64,000 nt of DNA from the human T2T-CHM13v2.0 reference genome, Homo sapiens (GCF_009914755.1 NC_060944.1); one strand, 5' to 3'. Counted from the first letter of the stretch, positions 28,947 to 45,344 are shown. Program-made: numbers and translations. The notes: generated by a model not told the origin, from the letters alone.

Positions 28947-29401
28947 ATGTATTAAGGGATCACATCCTTTCAGTTAAGAAAGCTCAGAGTAACATATATA
29001 ATACATTCACTCATGCATTTATTTATTCCTCAAATGTGACTAATACCTTAATATGTGCCAAGCATTTTGTTAGGTTTGGTAGTCTTATGAGTCAGATTAT
29101 TTAGCTGAGCCTAAAGAGATGACCCCTGCTAGTGTTACAGTCTTAGAATCACAAAGAACTGAATCTCAAACCTCTGTTACCTTGATCAACTTACTCAACT
29201 GAATTCAACCCTTTGCAACCAAGATTCTTCATTGTAAACTAGGAAGCATAATAGTACACATTCCCTGGGTATTATAAGGCTGTAATGAGATTATAGACAC
29301 AACAACAGACTCTAACCCCAAAGTAAGATGTCAACAGGGGTAGTAGGAGTTGAGGTCATTTTGTAAAATTAACATTAATATGATTAACCTGCTATTCCAT
29401 T

Positions 29402-29576
29402 CAGAGCTGGCTTCATGGATATATGACCCATGCAGTCACTCAGGGCTCTGCTCTTAGAAAGGCCCTATGCTTGATTTAATGCTCTGATGTCGCTAACCTG
29501 AGCTTCTTATTAATTGAACTGTTGGCTCTACATTTTGATTTTGCATAGGATACCACCAATTAGGTAGCTAGTTTGG
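29402..29576 (+). mobile_element. MER91A (hAT-Tip100)
   Basis: cagagctggcttcatgg...cttgatttaatgctctg...cattttgattttgca; same termini family as 13833-16238. Confidence 0.8.
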
Positions 29577-30451
29577 GTTCCAGTGTAAGAGGTGTCTAAT
29601 ATGTTAAATATGTTTTATATAGAGCCTGGAGAGTGGTTTAGGAGCTGACCCAGAAGCGGAAAAGTGGGAGGAGGAGTTGGATGAGGAAGAATTGACAATA
29701 GTGCATATGCATGCAAAACACATCATTTATTCTTCACCACTACTTAATAGGGAAGTAATGCTTTTATATCCATTTTATTGATAAGAAACATGAGTGACAG
29801 AAAATTTAAACTTTTCCAAATCACTGGGCTGGTGAGCACTATCTTAGACTACTCTCTAGATTAGAGAGTTCAGGGAAACACTGTGTGCTCATGGGTTTCA
29901 GCAGGTCTATGTGTAACCAGTCTTCTCAATAAGGTCCTCTTGTTTGAACCCAGTGGAATGGGGTCCTCTTGTATAAAACCTTTTCTGTAGGCTGGAGAGT
30001 CCATTAAGCAAATGGTAAGCTTTCCACGTCTGGGGCTCTAGATACTTTCTACAAATAAAAACTGTGCTCACACGGAATGGCAAAGAATGGTCTCAGTTTT
30101 GTTTCTGCAAGGCTTTGAACAGTGCATAATAATGTGACTGCTTCAAGCGCTTGGAGCTCGGGTCTCCCTGTGATATTTTCATGTCCTCAATAACTTGCAC
30201 AAGGACAGATTGGTTGCTGGCACTGAACACTAGTGATGCATTTTTGTGGACGCTGCTCTTGTAGGCCTATTTGGTATCTTGACTGTTGTCAAGCTCTGAC
30301 TTATGGGAAAATGATTGTTCTGACCTCTCAGAGCAAAGAGAGTTGGCCCTTGAGAGTTTGGGTCCTGGCTGCAGAGGTGGGCTGTTATGGGCATACACCA
30401 TATCTTGCATCCTCTTCTGCTGTTCTTAGATAGAGTCTTCTAGGTCACTAG

Positions 30452-30779
<328 letters not shown>

Positions 30780-31289
30780 TGATTCCTAATTTCACCTGGT
30801 TAAGTCCCAACCATTCCTTGTGTTTTGTCTCAAAAGTTAATTCCTTGAATCTCAAGATTGAGTGGGAGTCCCTTGCCATGGCCCCCTTTGTCTAGTGAAC
30901 CCAATTTTTTTTTGTCTCTTCACTTTCCATTGTCCTCATTAGACTTGAACCTTCATGAAGGCATTTCCCACTTCTCCACAACTGAGGAATTGTTGGCAAA
31001 TATTTCTCGAACACACTCTTTGGAAAAATTCAGCTGTGCACATTAAATCGTAAGATGATCTACAAGATCACAGACCCCTCTGAGGCTAATCATGTACATG
31101 TCTATGGATCTCAGCACAGAAAACCTCCCTTCAGTGCCTGGTATATCAAATATTCTAATCTTCACTATAAAACTCTGCCAAGGGTAATGCAGACACCGTT
31201 TGGATGCCTCCAGTGATGGTGAGCTTACTATCTCTTTGAATATCCCACTGAGACCACTGAAATCATTGGAAGCTGGCTGGCTGTCTGGC

Positions 31290-31955
31290 TGGATGAATGA
31301 ATGGATAGGTGGGGGGATGGATAGATGGATTCACTGACTGGATAGGTTTTATTGGGACCCTTCTCTATATCAGGCCTTTTTCTAGTAAAACAACGATGGG
31401 CAAAATCAAGGCCCTGCTCTACAAGAGCTATATTCTAAGGGATAAAAAGACAACATTCAAACGAATATTTAACATAGTGCAAAGTGTGATTCCTGCTATG
31501 GAGGAAGTAAAGCAGGGTAGGCAGTGTGGCAGAGATGGGAGGCAAAGACTATTTTAAATAAACTGGCCAAGAAAGACCTTCCTGAGATCTGTAAAAAAAT
31601 TAAAAAAAAAAAAAAAACACAAGAAGTGGGCTGGGAGAAGTTTTGAGGGGCTGGGCTTTTCAAGTAGAAGGAACAGTAAGAGCAAAGGTCCTGGGGCAGG
31701 AAGGCCAGGGTGGCTGTAGAGGAAGGGGCAGAAGTGGAAAGAGTCAGGTGCCAGCTGCTGTGAGGACCACAGGGATTTTCTTTTCCTGTGTTTGATGAGA
31801 AGCCACCGGAAGGCTTGAGGAGGAGAGAGTGGTGGCCTGATTTTAAAAGGATCCCTCTTTTGTGGAGAGGAACCCCTAGGGGAGAGGGTGGCAGCCTGGA
31901 GATCAGGGAGGAGGCAAGTCTGGTCTTCCAGGTGAGATGTGGTGGTTGCTTGGAC
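31290..31955 (-). mobile_element. L2 fragments
   Basis: tttattgggacc...aggaagt...gcaaaggtcctggggcagg...ttttaaaaggatccctct...ccaggtgagatgtggtgg. Confidence 0.7.
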
Positions 31956-33289
31956 ATGATTTTCTTCTGCTCAGCCCGGCATCACAGTTCTGTCCCTCTC
32001 AAATGGAAAGCCACACCCTTTCCCAAGGGAGATGGCCATGTCCCTGATCCTGGCACTTGGCTCTGTTGACATGACAGAGGAATAAGGGCTAGGGTGGGAG
32101 TGGGTTTCCACATACCTCTGTCCTGGTTAAATTGTACAGTAGGGATGGCTCTCAGTCTGCAAGCTTGGACAGACCAGAAAGAGACATTTTTAACTTTCCT
32201 TCCAATTAAATGAAATTCCTGTCTAGGCCCCCATCCAGCTGGATGGCTAGATAAATGGATATCAGCTACCATCAGGGCTCCCACATCAGCTGGGTTGTGC
32301 AAAGGTCCTAGGGTCCTTTGCTAAAGCACTAAGAAGGGGCTGTTGGGTACCACTGAGATAACTTCTGCTTCATTTTATTGTCCTCTGTGGTCCAGCACCT
32401 TAGCCAACTCTTTTCAACTTTTAGGGCACAGAAAATTTCAGCAATACTGGAAGTCCCTGTTTGAGACAGAAGACATGGAGGTGACACCCATTATAAAAGG
32501 GGGTATCGTTTTAAGTCAAAGGGATTTAATCTCTAATTAATACTAATACATTACTTCGATAATTTGATTAATTGATCTAAAAAATTAATCCCTAAGTCTG
32601 AAAAAATAATCTAAGTGGAATTGTGTTTCCTTTCATTCAATTAACATTCTGCTTCTATCCTTTTTGGAAAGAGAGCATATAAATAAATAAATACGTTCAT
32701 CTTCATTAAACATTGAGCTCATGGTTCTCCAGTGCATAGTGAGCTGATGAAGACATTGATGTATACTGCAGCTGCACACACCTTCATAGAGAAGGCAAGC
32801 AGAAGCACAGCTCTGCTGCAGTGTCAGTAAGCACAGACAGGTGGGCAGCAACTGAAATTTGAGCAAGGATGTTTCTCTCACTGCTGCAGTCATAGCAAAC
32901 TGGTATTGTCAGAATGACCTCAGGTGTGGGATACTAAGTTCTCTCTGTGAATTATGCAGGAATGAGTTGTCTCCTTTCCTTGTCTTCTCTAGTGTGAAAT
33001 AATAAAAAAAAAGATTCCTAGATTCATTTATTGAGAAATATTTATTGAAGTCTGCAAAGTACCAGGAATTTCCTATTCTTGTGGATATCTTCACTCCAGT
33101 GAGACAGATGATAAACAAATAATCAAATAGAAATAACTGATGGTTTTAAAATGAAACACAGAATGATTTTTAAAATAAGAAAAGAAATATCTGACAGTAA
33201 TAAGTTTCATGAAAAAGTTATAGTCAAATGGTAGAACATGGAGGAGGAGTGTTTTTATGTGTTGGGGAAAGAGGGTGTCATATAAAATC

Positions 33290-33445
33290 TTTTTTCTTTG
33301 AGACAGGGTCTGGCTTTGTCACCCAGGCTGGAGTGCAGTGGCATGATCGTAGATCACTGCAGCCTTAACCTCCTGGGTTCAAGTAATCCTTCTGCCTGGA
33401 CCTCCCAAAGTGTTGGGGTTACAGGCATGGGCCACCGCACCTAGC
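33290..33445 (-). mobile_element. AluJ-derived monomer (left-arm 5' end joined to right-arm 3' end)
   Basis: Single ~155-bp reverse monomer with both arm signatures. Confidence 0.8.
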
Positions 33446-33585
33446 TCATGTGCAATCTTGAAGAACATTCCAAGCAGGAGCGATGGAAAAGTGCGATGTA
33501 GCTGCATCCTTGGAGTTTTAACAATAGCTAATTCTTACTGAGAATTAATTTATATAATACATAAATGAATAGACAAGATAAAAAT

Positions 33586-33695
33586 GGTTGTGGCTCACAC
33601 CTGCATTCCCAACACTTTGGGAAGCTGAGATGGGAGGATCACTTAAGCCAGGAGTTTGAAATCAGCCTGGGCAACAAAGCGAGACCCCATCTGTA
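33586..33695 (+). mobile_element. FLAM_C
   Basis: Left-monomer sequence ending gagaccccatctgtac, running into CAAT-rich sequence. Confidence 0.8.
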
Positions 33696-33861
33696 CAATC
33701 AATCCTCAATAATAATCAATAACAATCAATGAATAAATAAGAAAAAGAGTTTCCAGTGTCTGTTGCATAGGCAAAGCGAGGAAGGAGCAGAGGCCTGGGC
33801 TGGGCAGGGAAAGCATTTTGAACAAAACTCTTGTGGGAGGTATAGAGCTTCTTACTGCAAA

Positions 33862-34817
<956 letters not shown>

Positions 34818-35381
34818 GCATAGACATTTAAGAGCTCCAGGAGCTCATACCTTAGTTAAGGAGAAAATTCCAATAGCTCAGGAGCAATGAGCAGATTGTT
34901 TTTTAATCTCCCTTTGCCTATGCAACAGATACTGGGAAATCTTTTTCCTATTAATTATTATTGATCATTATCGATTGATTGATTATTGATTGTCCATCTT
35001 TTGGCATGCATGGAGTATTAGAACGTCACAGGAGGGAGAAAGCAAACAGATGTGGGGGTTTTGATGAACTCAAGAAGGTGGGTAGTGTACGAGCCATTAA
35101 ATAATAGGTAAAATAGGAGTAAGTAGCAGCTAGAACAGGTGTTTCTGGAAGACCATATCTAGGAAAGACAAGCGTTGTAGTAGAACAAAGAGTTTGTAGG
35201 AGATTGATCTCCTGGGAACCAGATATATATAAGGGACTCTAAAAGGTCAGCGAGTAATTTGAAACCTGACCTCCTTCTATTGTCTGGAGTTCGTTCTCGC
35301 TGCCGGCAGCTGACCTCTGTGGTCAGGTTTGGGTTTAATTTTGTCTTTTGCGTTGTTTCAGAAATTGCTGGTGAAGACATT

Positions 35382-35400
35382 TCCCGCCAGGTGGCGATGT
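35382..35400 (+). promoter_or_regulatory. CTCF motif
   Basis: TCCCGCCAGGTGGCGATG; core CCGCCAGGTGGCG with both CpGs retained. Confidence 0.65.
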
Positions 35401-35605
35401 TCTCATTTGGAAAAAAAAAAGGCGCAAAAAAATGAGCAACTTTCTTTGTTTAATGATGCTGGCTGGATTGTCTGATCCCCGCCTAAGCCTAGGTTTATTA
35501 AAGCTAATAAAATAAAAACAGCTTACACACTTTTCCTTTCCTATTTATCTTATGGCACTTACTTCAGTTTGTGCCACGCCAAGCCCGTAATGTTTATGTC
35601 TGCTG

Positions 35606-35620
35606 CGGTTGCTAGGCAAA
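35606..35620. promoter_or_regulatory. RFX X-box-like motif
   Basis: CGGTTGCTAGGCAAA (reverse complement contains CCTAGCAAC). Confidence 0.5.
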
Positions 35621-37827
35621 CTGTATACAAGGAGAACATCTGTATTATTCTAAGGATTGTCTCTGGAAGCATCGCTGAAAAGAAGCATGAGTTAATAGGT
35701 GGTCAGAGAACTATGCTGAGAGTGAGGAGAAAAAAAATGAGCTTCCTCTTCCATATTCCAGCTTCTCAAGGCATATGGATTTCAACAGAAGATCTGCTGC
35801 AGAAAACCTGTTTATAACAAATAGAATATGGAACTATTTTAAACAGATAAGTTTTCAGAAGCTCAGCCCAAGAGCACCCAGCCAGAGGTGAATGGGCATT
35901 GGCTTTGTCAGAGGCCAGTCAGCAGGGGACAAAAGCCAGAGCTGTGACCAGCTGTGGCCGCAGAAGGAGGGACAGTCAGCAGGCAGAGTTTAAAATTGTC
36001 ATTTATTTCTTTGACCCCATGTAGATTTTTTTCCACTCCAAAAACACAGCATTGAATCCAGACAGTTCCTTAGGAGGGCATTGCCAGCCCTCACAGCAAG
36101 TAACAGTTCTAACGGTCCAAATTTCTTTTCAGAAATTATTTTCTTTTTGTTTTCTCCTTCCTTTTTTTTTTTTTTCTTCTTGCTTACACAGGCACTGGTC
36201 TGGCCCCTTCTGGAAGGAAGCTGGATAAGCCTGTCCCCTGTTTCCCCTGCAGCTTTTCTCTTGAGAAAGAGAAATAGGACTGTTCTGGGCACCATATGTT
36301 TTTTTCTCACCGTCATCCTTCTCAGCATGAAGGAAGAGGTTGGGCAGGAGCTGTGCAAAGAAGGAGAATAAGTTCAGGGGGCAGGGGAAAGGCACTTGAA
36401 AAGGCAAGAGATGGGTGCGGCTCTTCTGGAAAACAGGCAGATCTTTCTTCTGCCTCTTCAGCTCAGCTTGTCCCTGGCTGGCTCTGACTTTGTGCCCTCT
36501 TCTTTGACGTGGGAAGGATGATGGGCGCCGGCTCCTGTGCCGGGGGTGAGGAACTGCCTGAGAAGTGCTTGGTCTGAGGCCAGCAAGTGCAAAGTGTGCA
36601 GCAGGACTCGCTCCATCCCCTTTGATGTCAGGAATGAGTGTTAAAGTGATCTGCTTCGTGTATACCGCTCACATGTGCTGACCTGTGCTTCATTTCTCTC
36701 CTGCACAAGGCACTGGGGGGCTGAGATCCTCCTCCTAGCCCCAATTCTATTTTCTTCCTCCTACTTTTCACTGCTTTACCCAATTCTGGTTCTTATTTGT
36801 GTATATTCAGAACCTGCTTCTCTTCCCCCAGTGGGAATAAATACTGTGTTCTTCGTTTGTGGAGCATTTCTTGCCCTTCGCCATTGGCTCCTCACAGACC
36901 AGTGTCTCTCCATCTCTCTCCCTCTCTCCTCCACTGCTTTGCTATTGAATGGAAAGGTGATGCTAGGGACCAGCTATTTCCAAGCCTGCTGGAGCTCCCA
37001 CTGGAAAAAAAAAATCCAGGCAAGCCTGCTTCTTGTCTGCATATCTGCACCAAAACCCCCTTCTTTGAGCAGACCTGGACCCTGCTGGGGTGGGGAGGGG
37101 TAGAAGAATGGGGAGAGCGAGCGAAAGATACAGACCAGGAGACCTGCCTCTAGCATCTGGCTGGAGAGAGGTGGCACCGTTCTTTGTCCCAGGGGGTTCT
37201 GCTGGGCAGTCACAGGGCGGGCCCAGGTGGCATGGGCATCCTCCACTCTGTCGCATTCTGCCCATAAGCTTCAACTATTGCCTCCTGACTGTAATTTTGA
37301 TGTGCACCTTGCCCATAAGACTCCTTGTCTGCAATCAGCTGGTCAAGTTTATTGCTCAACTTGTGCCTCTGTGTTTGTTATTAGTGGGTCTAGCTTCTGG
37401 AGGTTTCAGCTGACCTTCCTAGCAAGAAATGCCAAGACTGAAAACCAGGGATGCATTCCCCAGTACAAAGGAGTGTGCAGCCAGCTAGCGGGGAGGCCCC
37501 ACTGACCCCTGCTCACTGGGTACCACATACCTGCAGGTCTGAGGATCTCACTGGCCTGCTTGGTAATAATCTGGCATCTAGAACTTCCCAAACAGGCTGT
37601 ACTGAAAGGGCTGTTTGCCAAAGCGGCTGGCTCTCTGAGCTGTCTGTTCTGGACTGCGATGTTACCCATGATTTTACTTTCAGGGCATGAGCTTGGGTTC
37701 AGCTACAAGGCTCAGGTGTGGTCTTTCCCTCTTGGCAGGGGGGATGGGTGAATTTCCATTTTCAAATCCCTGCCTGTGCCGAGCTTTGTGGTTGGCAGTA
37801 GTCTAGTCCAGTTGCACCAGGCTGAGC

Positions 37828-38360
37828 CTCATTCATTCAACAAACCTTGAGAGCCTCCCTGACACTCTTCTGGGCACTGTGGATTTAAGATAAGCAAGAT
37901 AATGTTCCTGCTGCCATGGGCAATTTATTAGAATGGGAGTGGGTACAGGTAATAAATGGTACCTAAATAATGTGTCAGGTAGCAATAAGGCTAGGGGAAA
38001 AATGAAGTGAGGGAAAGGGGTGATCAGGGAAACCTGAGCAGAGAGCTGAGGGAGTGAGCCAAGTAGTTCTTAAGAGCTGGAACATTCCAGGCAGGGGGAG
38101 CAAAAAGTGCAAAGGTCCCGAGGTAGGTTTAGGAGGAATGCGTTAGAGCAACAGCAAAGAATCCAGTGCAGCTGTGATGAAGGTAGCAAGGAGAAACTGC
38201 TAGAAAAGGATGCTGGTGAAATGAAGGTAGGAACAAGGAAGCTATATAGGGCTTTGCAAACCCTGGTAGGGCTTTTGTGTCTTGTTTGGAGTGCAATATG
38301 AGGTTTCTGGAGGGTTTTGAGAAGAGGTATGATCTAGTACTTTGGCATTTTCAAAGGCTC
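37828..38360 (-). mobile_element. L2 fragments
   Basis: tcattcattcaacaaa...cattccaggcagggggagcaaaaagtgcaaaggtcccgagg. Confidence 0.8.
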
Positions 38361-39019
38361 ATTTATTTTTCTCATTTTTTCTAATGGAGAACATGGTGTG
38401 TGAGTGTGTGTGTGTGTGCATGCAAGCACACGCATGTGAAGTTATGTGTATATATCTAGGTATGCATATATATTCATATATACATACAGTTAGGTGTATG
38501 TTATACATATCATTTGAAAATAATTGGAGTCAGTGTCTATAAGCCCCCTTTTCATTAAAGCTTTGCTACACACAGATCCCTATTCCTCAATTTATTTATC
38601 TATGAAAGTAGTAAACTCATTGTGGAAGAAAAAATGGGAGCCCAGAAACCCTTTGAGGCTCTGACACACCCCATAGGCTCCCTTGTATGTCTTAGCAGTG
38701 TGGTAACTTACACTCTCCCTTTCCTAGGCAGGAGGTAATAGCAGAGATGCTTGAGATGGTGGGGGGAAGGCTGGAGAGGGAACAGATCACCTGAGCAAGG
38801 CAAAATGACTTTTCAGATGTCCTGATAAATGTATTGCTCCATAAGAACACATGGGAAGGGCTGGTGTTCATCATTACACACCATGCTCGTTTCTCCACAA
38901 ATGTAAAATGACTCAGGAGAGAGCCTTCTGGTGTTAATGAAGGACTACGTGTATTTTTAGAAGCATGGAGAATTAAAGAGGAGATTCACAATAAGATCGC
39001 AGGATGTTTTAGATAGAAA

Positions 39020-39060
39020 GTGTGTGTGTGTGTGTGTGTGTGTGCGTGCGTGCATGTGTG
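39020..39060. repeat. (GT)n/(GTGC)n alternating purine-pyrimidine tract
   Basis: 41 bp of uninterrupted purine-pyrimidine alternation. Confidence 0.9.
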
Positions 39061-40104
39061 GACATGTTTTTAAGATGGAGATTTCTGCAAAAATAGCTCT
39101 TATTGAAAACAGATTTTCAGATTCTATTTTAACTAATCTTTTTTTTTTAAGTTTCTGTGGAGCATAGTTTGTCCACATCAGGGAAATGCTCAGGTATTTT
39201 TGGCCAAAAATTTTAAAAGTTGGCTGCAAATCTATTTGTTCTACCGTAAGTATCCTCTTAATCGACCATCTATTAAAAGTTGACCGTAACTTACTGGTGA
39301 AACTGGACTCATCTGAAAGTATTTTTATAGATGCAGGGAGGAGTTTTATGAGCTTTTCTTTGAAATCTTTTAGTTAGGGGATAAACCCAAGGCTTCTCCA
39401 ATCAAGTTCACCTGGATTCAAATGTTTTATAAATCAAAGTTGCATAACAGGACACTTCTGATTTCCTCTTAATGTGATTTGAATCAGCAATGTATGGAAC
39501 ATCAATCAAACAGTCTCTGTCAGGAACCTATGCAAAATCCCATCATTTTAGCTAAATACGGAGGAAAGAAACAACCAAAAGTTCAATCAAAAGTTGGCTT
39601 CCACAACAGCTTCCTCATGAGTCACTACAGTGACTCTTGCCCAGCTGTCGGCTCTAATCCCCTCTCCTTGCTACAGCCACTGGTGGTGGTCCTAAAAGGC
39701 CTAAATGACGAAGTTCTAAGTCCTTAAAGGGTACCTGGTGGTTGTCAGGCCACACCCTTCTTCAGGCTCACCTGAGCTGCCTCCTCTGTGGAGTCTGTTT
39801 CAGCCACAAGGATGTCCCACTCCTCTCTCCATTCCTCCCCCACTTCACACTGCCTGGCTCTGGCTCATCCCTGAGCCCCCACATGCTGAGTCTTCTACCC
39901 TTAGTGATTCCCCAACTCCCCCACCTCTGCAATGAATTTAATTCAAGCAGCTCTTTCCAGAGACACGTTTTCTGACCAGATGGCAGGACATTGAAGCCCG
40001 TTCTATGCTTTCTCTGCATGGTGGACCTCGCCTTCATGAAACTTATCACAACTGGAATCAACTGAATAGTTGAGTAATTAGTTGTTGAAGGTCTGTTTCC
40101 TCCA

Positions 40105-40470
40105 AACAGCTTTATTGAGGTATAATTTATATGCTATATAAATATGTACTACGTATATACTGTGTAAATATATACTATGTAAATATATACTATACCCACT
40201 TTTAGTAAATGTATAGAGTTTTGCAATCATCACCATAATCTCTGTTTAGAATGCTTTGCTTCACTCCCAAAAAATCCCTCTTGTCCATTTATAGTCTATC
40301 CTTCTTCCCACCCCCAACTCCAGGCAACCACTAGTCTATTTTCCATTGCTCTGGATTTGCCTATTCTGGGCATTTCACAGAGAATTTTATGATACATGGT
40401 CTTTTGCATCTGGCTTCTTTCGTTTGCTGCTTTTGCAGTGACTGCATGTTGTAGTGTGGATCAATAATGT
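40105..40470 (-). mobile_element. L1MB-type 3' end
   Basis: acagctttattgaggtataattta...caggcaaccactagtcta...ggatttgcctattctgggcatttca. Confidence 0.85.
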
Positions 40471-41013
40471 TTCCTTCACTAGAATTTAACCTCATTGAAG
40501 GCAGGAACCTGGCACATTGTCCAATTCATGAATACTTATGGTGTAATTCACCCACTATGTGCCACATGCTGAGGGCGTATTTATTCATAAGTATTACCTA
40601 TCCTTATCGTGAGTTATATATTCTTTGGGGAAAACAGGAAAAAAAAAGTAAACAGACACACTTCAAAATAATTGGAAGTTGTGGTAGGTTAGTTATAGTA
40701 ACAGGTAAGGAGATGGGTTTAGAAGAGTTGTTATGGGTTTGCTTTAGCTTGTGGGGGGTGGTTTGTGCCTATAAGAGATTACAAAAATGTTTAAATAAAT
40801 GTTGAATAAATAGATGATGACATAAAGTGTCTCAAAAAGTACCAGAAGGTGTATAAAACCATGCTTGTTTTCACACATAAGTGTTACTATCCTTAGTGAC
40901 TTTTGGTGCTGAGGCCCTAGTGAGCAGAAATCCCATGTAAGGCCTGGCTCCATGAGTCTGAGCCAGAGAGCACGTGACTGTGCAACTCAAGGTTGAATAG
41001 CGGAGAGAGTCAG

Positions 41014-41426
41014 TGATATGGTTTGGATGTTTGTCCCCTCCAAAACTCATGTTGAAACTTAATCCCCAGTGTAACAGGATTAAGAAGTGTAGCCTTTAAG
41101 AGGTTATTGGCTCATGAGGGCACTGCCCTTATGAATGGGTTAATCCATTCATAGATTAATGGGTTATCATGGGAGTGGGTTGGTTATCACGAGAGTGGAC
41201 CTGTTATAAAAGCCAGTTTGGCTGTCTCTCACGGGTACCTCACCATGTGATGACCTGTGCCACCTCGGGACTTTGTAGAGAGTCCCCACCAGCAAGAAGG
41301 CTCTCACCAGATATGTTTCCTTGACTGGACTTTCCAGCCTCCAGAACTGTGAGAAATAAACTTCTTTTTAAACAAGTTACCCAGTCCTAGCTATTCAGTT
41401 ATATCAACAGAAAATGGACTAAGACA
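41014..41426 (+). mobile_element. MSTC-like solo LTR
   Basis: tgatatggtttggatgtttgtcccctccaaaactcatgttg...ggactaagaca; TSD gtcag/gtctg. Confidence 0.88.
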
Positions 41427-42082
41427 GTCTGGAAATTAAATAATCATAGTACAGACTGTTAAGTCTGCAAAATGGTACGGGCCTATGATGGAAATTCTCA
41501 ACTCAGCACTGACGATAATTTGTGGCTTTGGCAAAACCACTTAACCTAATAATAATAGTAGATAAAATATATTGAATTGTTTCTATATATTTTTACTAAG
41601 TATTTAACATACATTACTCAGTTGATTTTTAAACTAACTCATTATGTGGTGGTTATATGTTATTAAACAATAATCATGACAATAATAATGATTATAAAAT
41701 TTTTATTACTATAATAATTATAATCATTAGTATTACATGCCATACACTGATCTAAGCACTCTACTAGTATTCTCCACTTAATTTTCACGGCAAACCTAGG
41801 AGGTAAGTATTACTACGTCCACTAGGCTCCACGAAGGGCAAGAACTCCTTCGTTTATTCTTCAGTATAACTTCTATGCCAGCACAGTGCTTAATGAATAT
41901 CTGTTGATTTGGTTTGAATCAAGGACTATCAGTTTTATAGATGAGGAAACTGAGCTACCTTACAGTACCTAATAAACTCACCCAAGGTCAGGCCAGCAGT
42001 AGGTGGTCAACTCAGATGTAAACCTGGTGAGTCTAAATTCAGAAGTCATGCACTTAAACTTTGTATTTGTTCCACTTATGAT

Positions 42083-42566
<484 letters not shown>

Positions 42567-43616
42567 TGAATTCCTCTTCTGCAGAATGTGACTTTTGCCT
42601 GTAATGATCTTGAGGTCCCCTGGCTCTAAATCTCTACATCAAAACTACATTACAGCCCTGTGTACATGAATTATATGCCTACATTTTGGAGGTGAACCAG
42701 GGAGATATAAATTTAGGAATCTAGGCCAAGGAAAGGTATTGGTGAGGAAACCTCCCTAAAAGCCTGAGTCCTTCCCAGCAAGTAGAAAAATAGTTACAAA
42801 AAGACAACTACCCCATCTACATGGCCCATAAGCTGGATCAGCATGTAAGGTGGTCACCCAGCTTCCTACATACCCAGCACCATGTGGGAGCAAGACAAGA
42901 TACAGCATCATGTACCATAACAGAATCTAAGCATGAGTATGGCATTCCATCACTTCTGCCATATTCTGTTGATGAGAAGCAAGTAACATGATCTGACTGA
43001 TCTCACAAAGGATGAAATTATATAAGGTCATGACTCATTGGGGGCCACCTCAGGGTGTGTCCTACCACAAGGTTACTAGGTTAAATGATAAGTACATGTA
43101 AATATGACTAGATGTGGCTATATATTACATAGCACAAAGCCTGTAGATACCCCGTTCCTAACAGCAGTTGATGAGACTATCAGCTCCCTAATTTCCTTGG
43201 TATTATTTTTCTAATTTATCTATCTTGCTAATTTAGAAAGATTTAAGGTTTAATGATTTGTTTACACTTATTTAATACAGAATCATGTGTTTGCTTACAA
43301 GTCACAAGTAGATTACAGCACAGACCAGTGCTTGAGAGCGATCAGGAGACAGACTTGGTTTGGTTTGCGCTCTACAACTTATCGGCTGTGTGACCTTGGG
43401 AAATTTCTCAATTTCTCTGAACCTCAGTTTCCTTCTCTGTACAAAGATTTAAAAATAATGCTGATCTTGTTGAGCATTTAATGGCATAATACATATAGAT
43501 TACTTAGCCTGGCGCCTGGCAAATAGCTCTTAATGTACTGAATGTTTGCTGTGATTTTCAGTTTATCCTTAGTGGCAATAGTATCTTCAGCATCATCACA
43601 AGCTTGTATATTATGC

Positions 43617-44293
<677 letters not shown>

Positions 44294-44395
44294 TAATGAT
44301 AGTGTCTGTGTACTGATATATACTCTTTATGCATTTATATCTCCCTTAAGTACAAATTGTACTAAAGAAGACTTAAGTGGTATATATTACATGTT

Positions 44396-44753
44396 AAGCC
44401 ACTTTATTGAGATATGATTCACATATAAAAAATTGTGCATGTCTAATTTATATATCTCCATGACTTAGAGGCGAGTATACACCCATGAAACCATCACTAT
44501 CATCAAGGTCAAGAATATACCCATCATCTCCCAAAGTTTCTTCCTGTCCCCTTGATCACTATTATTATTATTTTTTATTTTTAACTTCCCACACAACACC
44601 AACATAGATTATGATCATGGCTGTTTTTTTCTTTTTTCTTAGTAAGAATATTTAACATAAGATTTACTTCCTTAGTAAATCTTAAGTATGCAACATGGTA
44701 TTGTTAGATACAGCCACTATGCTGTATAGTAGATCTCCAGAACTTACTTACCT
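44396..44753 (-). mobile_element. L1MA9/L1MB-type 3' end
   Basis: ctttattgagatatgattcacata...cactatgctgtatagtagatctccagaacttact. Confidence 0.82.
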
Positions 44754-45158
44754 CAAGTGGTATTTTTAAGCCTGGTTTTGAAATACGTTTTTATTTGGTG
44801 ATTGTTTTGTTTTATTGTTTTCTGAGTGTCAGAGTTACTTGCAAGTCAGTGATACTGAAAAGCCTTTCTCTCCCTCATAAAGTCTTGAATTTCTCATTAC
44901 GCATTAAACATTGTTTGCCTACTTTTAATTTTTGTTTTTTACTCAACTTTCCCCATCTATCATAATCCCTTCCAGTATCAGGAGAAATCATTCAATAGGT
45001 TTGTGGAGATATCTTGCTTATAAACCACGTGGAGTAAATGCCTTAGATTGAATCTGAGGACAGGTCTGACATAGTTGGGGTTGACAGTTTTACTTTTCCG
45101 ACAATTTTTGATTTACTGTTTTGGGTTTTATATGGGCAGGGGATGAAGATGGCCACAC

Positions 45159-45272
45159 ATATATATATATCTATATATCTATATATATCTATATATAGAT
45201 ATATAGATATATATCTATATATATATATATATCTATATATATATATATATAGATATATATATATATAGATAT
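45159..45272. repeat. Interrupted (TA)n microsatellite containing a palindrome
   Basis: TA array with C and G interruptions; 45218-45267 is a perfect 50-bp palindrome. Confidence 0.95.
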
Positions 45273-45344
45273 CCATCTAGAAAGAGACTAAGACGACCAC
45301 AAGTTGAATACTGAGCTTGAATCTCTGACCTTGTGGAATCTTGC

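Noticed and set aside
35999-37751. Cluster of overlapping 90-140 aa ORFs as a hidden gene
   Set aside because: ORFs on both strands with biased composition from T-runs and higher GC; no coherent splice structure or homology recognised.
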